Origin: an uncultured beta proteobacterium
GTDB lineage: Bacteria > Pseudomonadota > Gammaproteobacteria > Burkholderiales > SG8-39
Length of the DNA stretch: 64,000 nt
NCBI GenBank assembly: GCA_963844255.1
Contig: CAWJNP010000018.1
Coordinates: forward strand, 14,847-78,846
Direction: 5' to 3'
In this document: positions 60,907-64,000 of the stretch, piece after piece
Numbering within the stretch: the stretch's first letter is position 1
Layout: every line of letters starts with the position of its first letter
Position numbers and translations under genes: made by a program
Notes under the pieces: model-generated
What the model was told of the DNA's origin: nothing
The model's input: the letters and a program-made list of their open reading frames with translations, nothing else
Database searches by the model: none

Positions 60907-61434
60907 TCAGGCAAGGTCGTGTTCTCTGACCGCATCCAGGGCGCCCAGCTTGACCTTGGCCAGCAGGCCGAGCAGGTCCTGGTGTTCCCGCTTCGTCAGA
61001 CCGGAAAGCAGGCCGACCACCCACGTTTCGTGTTCGTGCGCCATTTCAGCGAACACCTTTTCGCCGGCGCGCGTCAGCCGGATCCTGTACGAGCGCCGGT
61101 CCGAGGGCTGCTCGACACGTTCGACCAGTCCCTCCTTCACGAGCTGGTCGGTAATGCCGGTGACGTTCCCTCCAGTGACCATCATCCTGCGCGAGAGCTC
61201 GTTCATCTTCAGCCCCTCCGGATGGCGCTCGAGCTGGGACATCAAATCGAAGCGCGGCAGGGTCGTGGAAAAGCGCATGCGCAATTCGTTGCGAATGCGC
61301 CTCTCGATCAGCTGGGTGCAGGTGAGCAGTCGCAGCCAAAGTCGCAGCGCCCGATGATCGTCCGGTCGGGCGGCGGTCTCCCGGTCCGAAGCGCTGGCGG
61401 GACGGCGACGACTGAGTGGCGTGGAAGCGAGCAT
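60907..61434 (-). CDS. MarR-family transcriptional regulator (first gene of the aryl-CoA operon)
   Basis: ...LPRFDLMSQLERHPEGLKMNELSRRMMVTGGNVTGITDQLVKEGLVERVEQPSDRRSYRIRLTRAGE.... Confidence 0.85.
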   Translation of the reverse strand: MLASTPLSRRRPASASDRETAARPDDHRALRLWLRLLTCTQLIERRIRNELRMRFSTTLPRFDLMSQLERHPEGLKMNELSRRMMVTGGNVTGITDQLVKEGLVERVEQPSDRRSYRIRLTRAGEKVFAEMAHEHETWVVGLLSGLTKREHQDLLGLLAKVKLGALDAVREHDLA

Positions 61435-61582
61435 GGAAATGTATGTACCTGAATAGAATAGACCTAAAGTATTCTAGGGTAGTGTCGGCAAACCTGTCAC
61501 GCTGCGTCGCACAGTTCCTGCGGCGCCATTGCTGACGCCCGCTGTCCGCCATCAGGTGCTGCGGTGCGCTATAGTCTCGGCC

Positions 61583-62206
61583 ATGAAAAAGCCCACCTGC
61601 CGCAAACACTCCGTACACTCCGCCGTGGCGCTTGGACTGCTGCTCGTCTGCGGCATTGCGAACGCGCAACTCAAAATCCCGTCAGACCCCAAACCCGGCG
61701 GTGGGCTGGGAGGGGGCCTGCACGCACCGGCGGCGAATGAGTCTGCCGCCCCCGCGCCCGCCCCGGGGGCCACGCCGGCCGCGCCGGGCACCGCTTCGGC
61801 TGCGCCGGGCGCAGCGCCGGCCGAAGAGGAGCGCTCACCTGACTCAGTGATCCAGGAAATTGCGAATTGCGTGCTCGAAGGCCTGCCACAAGATTGGAAA
61901 TTTGCGCGCGTCAAGGTGGTCGAACTCAGCCATGACGGGCGTGAGCGCGAGTTTGAAGCGAAGTACACCTATGTCGGTCCCGACGGCGCGGAAAAGCGCT
62001 TCACGCCCTGCGACCTGCGCCTGCCGGGCTTCTATCTGTACAAGCTCAACGGCGCGCTGGAGCCTGACAAGCGCAACTGGAAGCGCGCAACGCTCGTGTT
62101 TTCCAGTGAAGGAAAATTCGACCTGAACTACGAGTACGACAAGCCGGCGACACCCGCTGCGGCGACGAAACCCAAGCCCGCGAAGAAGGACGTCAAGAAG
62201 AAGTAA
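61583..62206 (+). CDS. Hypothetical exported protein with Pro/Ala/Gly-rich linker and Lys-rich tail
   Basis: MKKPTCRKHSVHSAVALGLLLVCGIANAQ is a signal peptide. A low-complexity stretch of about 60 aa (PGGGLGGGLHAPAANESAAPAPAPGATPAAPG...) is followed by a globular domain of about 100 aa. The tail is KPATPAAATKPKPAKKDVKKK. Confidence 0.55.
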   Translation: MKKPTCRKHSVHSAVALGLLLVCGIANAQLKIPSDPKPGGGLGGGLHAPAANESAAPAPAPGATPAAPGTASAAPGAAPAEEERSPDSVIQEIANCVLEGLPQDWKFARVKVVELSHDGREREFEAKYTYVGPDGAEKRFTPCDLRLPGFYLYKLNGALEPDKRNWKRATLVFSSEGKFDLNYEYDKPATPAAATKPKPAKKDVKKK

Positions 62207-62224
62207 GTCCGGTGCGACCCGGGC

Positions 62225-63955
62225 CTAGGCCTTGCGCAGGAAGTCGAAGTCGCAGCCGTGCTCGGCCTGCAGCACGTGGTCCATGTACAGCTTTGCATAA
62301 CCGCGCACCGGCATCTCCACCGGAGGCTTCCAGGCCGAACGTCGCCTGGTAAGTTCCTCCTCCGCCACCAGCAGTTCGATACGCCGCTCGCGAACGGACA
62401 GCCTGATCCGGTCGCCGTTTCTGACCAGCCCCAGCGGACCACCGATCGCGGCTTCAGGTGACACATGCAGCACGATGGTGCCGAAAGCCGTGCCGCTCAT
62501 GCGTGCGTCCGAGATCCGCACCATGTCCTTCAGGCCCGCCCGCGCGAGCTTCTGCGGGATCGGCAGATACCCCGACTCGGGCATGGCGTAGCCGCTCTTC
62601 GGCCCCGCGTTCTGCAACACCATGAAGTCATCGGGCTTCACGTCGAGGTCGGCGCTGTCGATCCTCGCCGCAAGGTCATCCAGTGACGTGAATACGACAG
62701 CCCTGCCTTCACGCTCGAACAGGGTCGGATCGGCAGCCGATCGCTTGAGGATCGCGCCGTTCGGCGCGAGCGAACCGAACAGCGCAACGAGTCCGCCCTC
62801 CTTCTGATAGGGATCCGCGAACGTGCGCACCACGGAACGATCCACCCAGCCAGGCTCGTTCGCCAGCCGCTCGCCGATCGTCTCGCCCGTGACCGTCATG
62901 CAATCAAGATGCAGCAGTGGCTTGAGTTCACGCAATACCGCACCAAGTCCGCCGGCAGCAAACAGGTCGGACATGTAGTGCTGGCCAGTCGGCTTCAAGT
63001 CGACCAGGACTGGCGTTGTATCTGAGAGTTCGTTGAGTCGATTCAGGTCGATCTTTACGCCGACCCGGCCCGCGATGGCCGTCAGGTGCACGATCGCATT
63101 CGTCGAGCCCCCAATCGCGAGGAGCACGCGCAGCGCGTTTTCGATCGACTTTTCGGTGATGATCTGCGACGGACGGATCGGATTCTTCGCCAGTTCCACG
63201 GCGCGCCGCCCGCTCGCTTCCGCAGCCCGCAGCCGGTCGGAATGCACCGCGGGGATCGCTGCGGTACCGGGCAGGGCCATGCCCAATGCCTCTGCAATCG
63301 AGGCCATCGTCGAAGCCGTGCCCATCACCGCACACGAGCCTGCCGTGGCCGCGAGGTTTCCCTCGATCTCGTCGATTCCCTCCTTGTCCACCTTGCCGGC
63401 ACGGTGCATGCCCCAGAAGCGGCGGCAATCGGTGCAGGCACCGAGGCGTTCGCCATGGAACATGTTCGGCATCATCGGCCCCACGATCTGCTGTATCGCC
63501 GGCACATCCGCCGAAGCCGCACCCATCAACTGCGCGGGGATGGTCTTGTCGCAGCCGCCGACGAGGACCACCGCATCCATGGGCTGTGCGCGGATCATCT
63601 CCTCGGTGTCCATCGCCATCATGTTGCGGAACATCATCGATGTCGGGCTCAGGAACACCTCACCCAGGGACACCGTGGGGAACGCAAGTGGCAGGCCGCC
63701 GGCGGCAAGAACCCCGCGCTTGATCGCCTCGATCTGCTCCGGCACGTTGCGGTGGCAGTTGTTGAAGCCGCTCGAGGTGTCGGCGATACCGATCACGGGA
63801 CGCGCAAGCATCTCACCCGAATAGCCCATGCTCTTGGCAAACGAGCGTCGCAGATACAGCGAAAAATCGGCGTCGCCGTAGTTGGTCAGGCCGCGTGCCA
63901 GTCCGTGAACCGCTACGGGCTTGCCCTTTGCTCCGCCTTTGATTTCGTCAGTCAT
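62225..63955 (-). CDS. IlvD/Edd-family dehydratase (dihydroxy-acid / sugar-acid dehydratase)
   Basis: 576 aa. ...PVIGIADTSSGFNNCHRN..., VLVGGCDKTIPAQLM, ...ATAGSCAVMGTASTM..., ...RISDARMSGTAFG.... The start is at complement 63953-63955. Confidence 0.9.
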   Translation of the reverse strand: MTDEIKGGAKGKPVAVHGLARGLTNYGDADFSLYLRRSFAKSMGYSGEMLARPVIGIADTSSGFNNCHRNVPEQIEAIKRGVLAAGGLPLAFPTVSLGEVFLSPTSMMFRNMMAMDTEEMIRAQPMDAVVLVGGCDKTIPAQLMGAASADVPAIQQIVGPMMPNMFHGERLGACTDCRRFWGMHRAGKVDKEGIDEIEGNLAATAGSCAVMGTASTMASIAEALGMALPGTAAIPAVHSDRLRAAEASGRRAVELAKNPIRPSQIITEKSIENALRVLLAIGGSTNAIVHLTAIAGRVGVKIDLNRLNELSDTTPVLVDLKPTGQHYMSDLFAAGGLGAVLRELKPLLHLDCMTVTGETIGERLANEPGWVDRSVVRTFADPYQKEGGLVALFGSLAPNGAILKRSAADPTLFEREGRAVVFTSLDDLAARIDSADLDVKPDDFMVLQNAGPKSGYAMPESGYLPIPQKLARAGLKDMVRISDARMSGTAFGTIVLHVSPEAAIGGPLGLVRNGDRIRLSVRERRIELLVAEEELTRRRSAWKPPVEMPVRGYAKLYMDHVLQAEHGCDFDFLRKA

Positions 63956-64000
63956 TTCGAGTCCTGTCCCCAGATCCGCGCCGCGGCCTCGACGCACAGG

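Overview
GC-rich chromosomal segment whose gene content looks betaproteobacterial (Burkholderiales-like): a Bug/TctC receptor, an MdtABC-type pump and an aromatic-acid CoA pathway. I support about 58 protein-coding genes. I found no rRNA, tRNA, CRISPR array, transposase, integrase or phage genes. Left to right: (1) HxlR regulator, DUF1330 protein, Baeyer-Villiger monooxygenase and a DppDFABC-type peptide ABC transporter, nearly all interrupted by single-base insertions. (2) A minus-strand operon (FrdA/SdhA-like flavoprotein, stand-alone 2Fe-2S protein, MFS transporter, alpha/beta hydrolase) divergent from a MarR gene and a two-subunit Rieske oxygenase whose beta subunit carries a histone-H1-like Lys/Ala tail. 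(3) An SqrR/BigR-type persulfide-sensor gene divergent from a tightly packed operon: trxC, RND adaptor, type I sulfide:quinone oxidoreductase, RND pump, DUF2892. I consider this the most interesting candidate system. (4) A convergent mdtA-mdtB-mdtC-OMF efflux operon. (5) An FKBP isomerase followed by three tandem 44-bp hairpin repeats. (6) A catabolic block: 3-hydroxybenzoate 6-hydroxylase, FMN-dependent dehydrogenase, DapA-family enzyme, SDR, PEP-mutase/ICL-family lyase and LeuCD-like hydro-lyase. (7) An IclR regulator plus a divergent cluster that looks like an uncharacterised organosulfur-acid module: GrdB-like reductase, glutaredoxin-like protein, two family-III CoA-transferases, thiol-dioxygenase-like cupin, Bug receptor and BisC-type molybdoenzyme. 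(8) tag, a CPA1 antiporter, a PA2779/PA2778 pair and an unknown membrane protein. (9) An abm/sdg-like aryl-CoA hydroxylase cluster and an IlvD/Edd dehydratase. A technical pattern matters for interpretation: 17 of the 20 frame breaks can be shown to be +1 nucleotide insertions, and 18 of the 20 fall in two stretches. All family assignments come from reading motifs in the translations. No database search was run.
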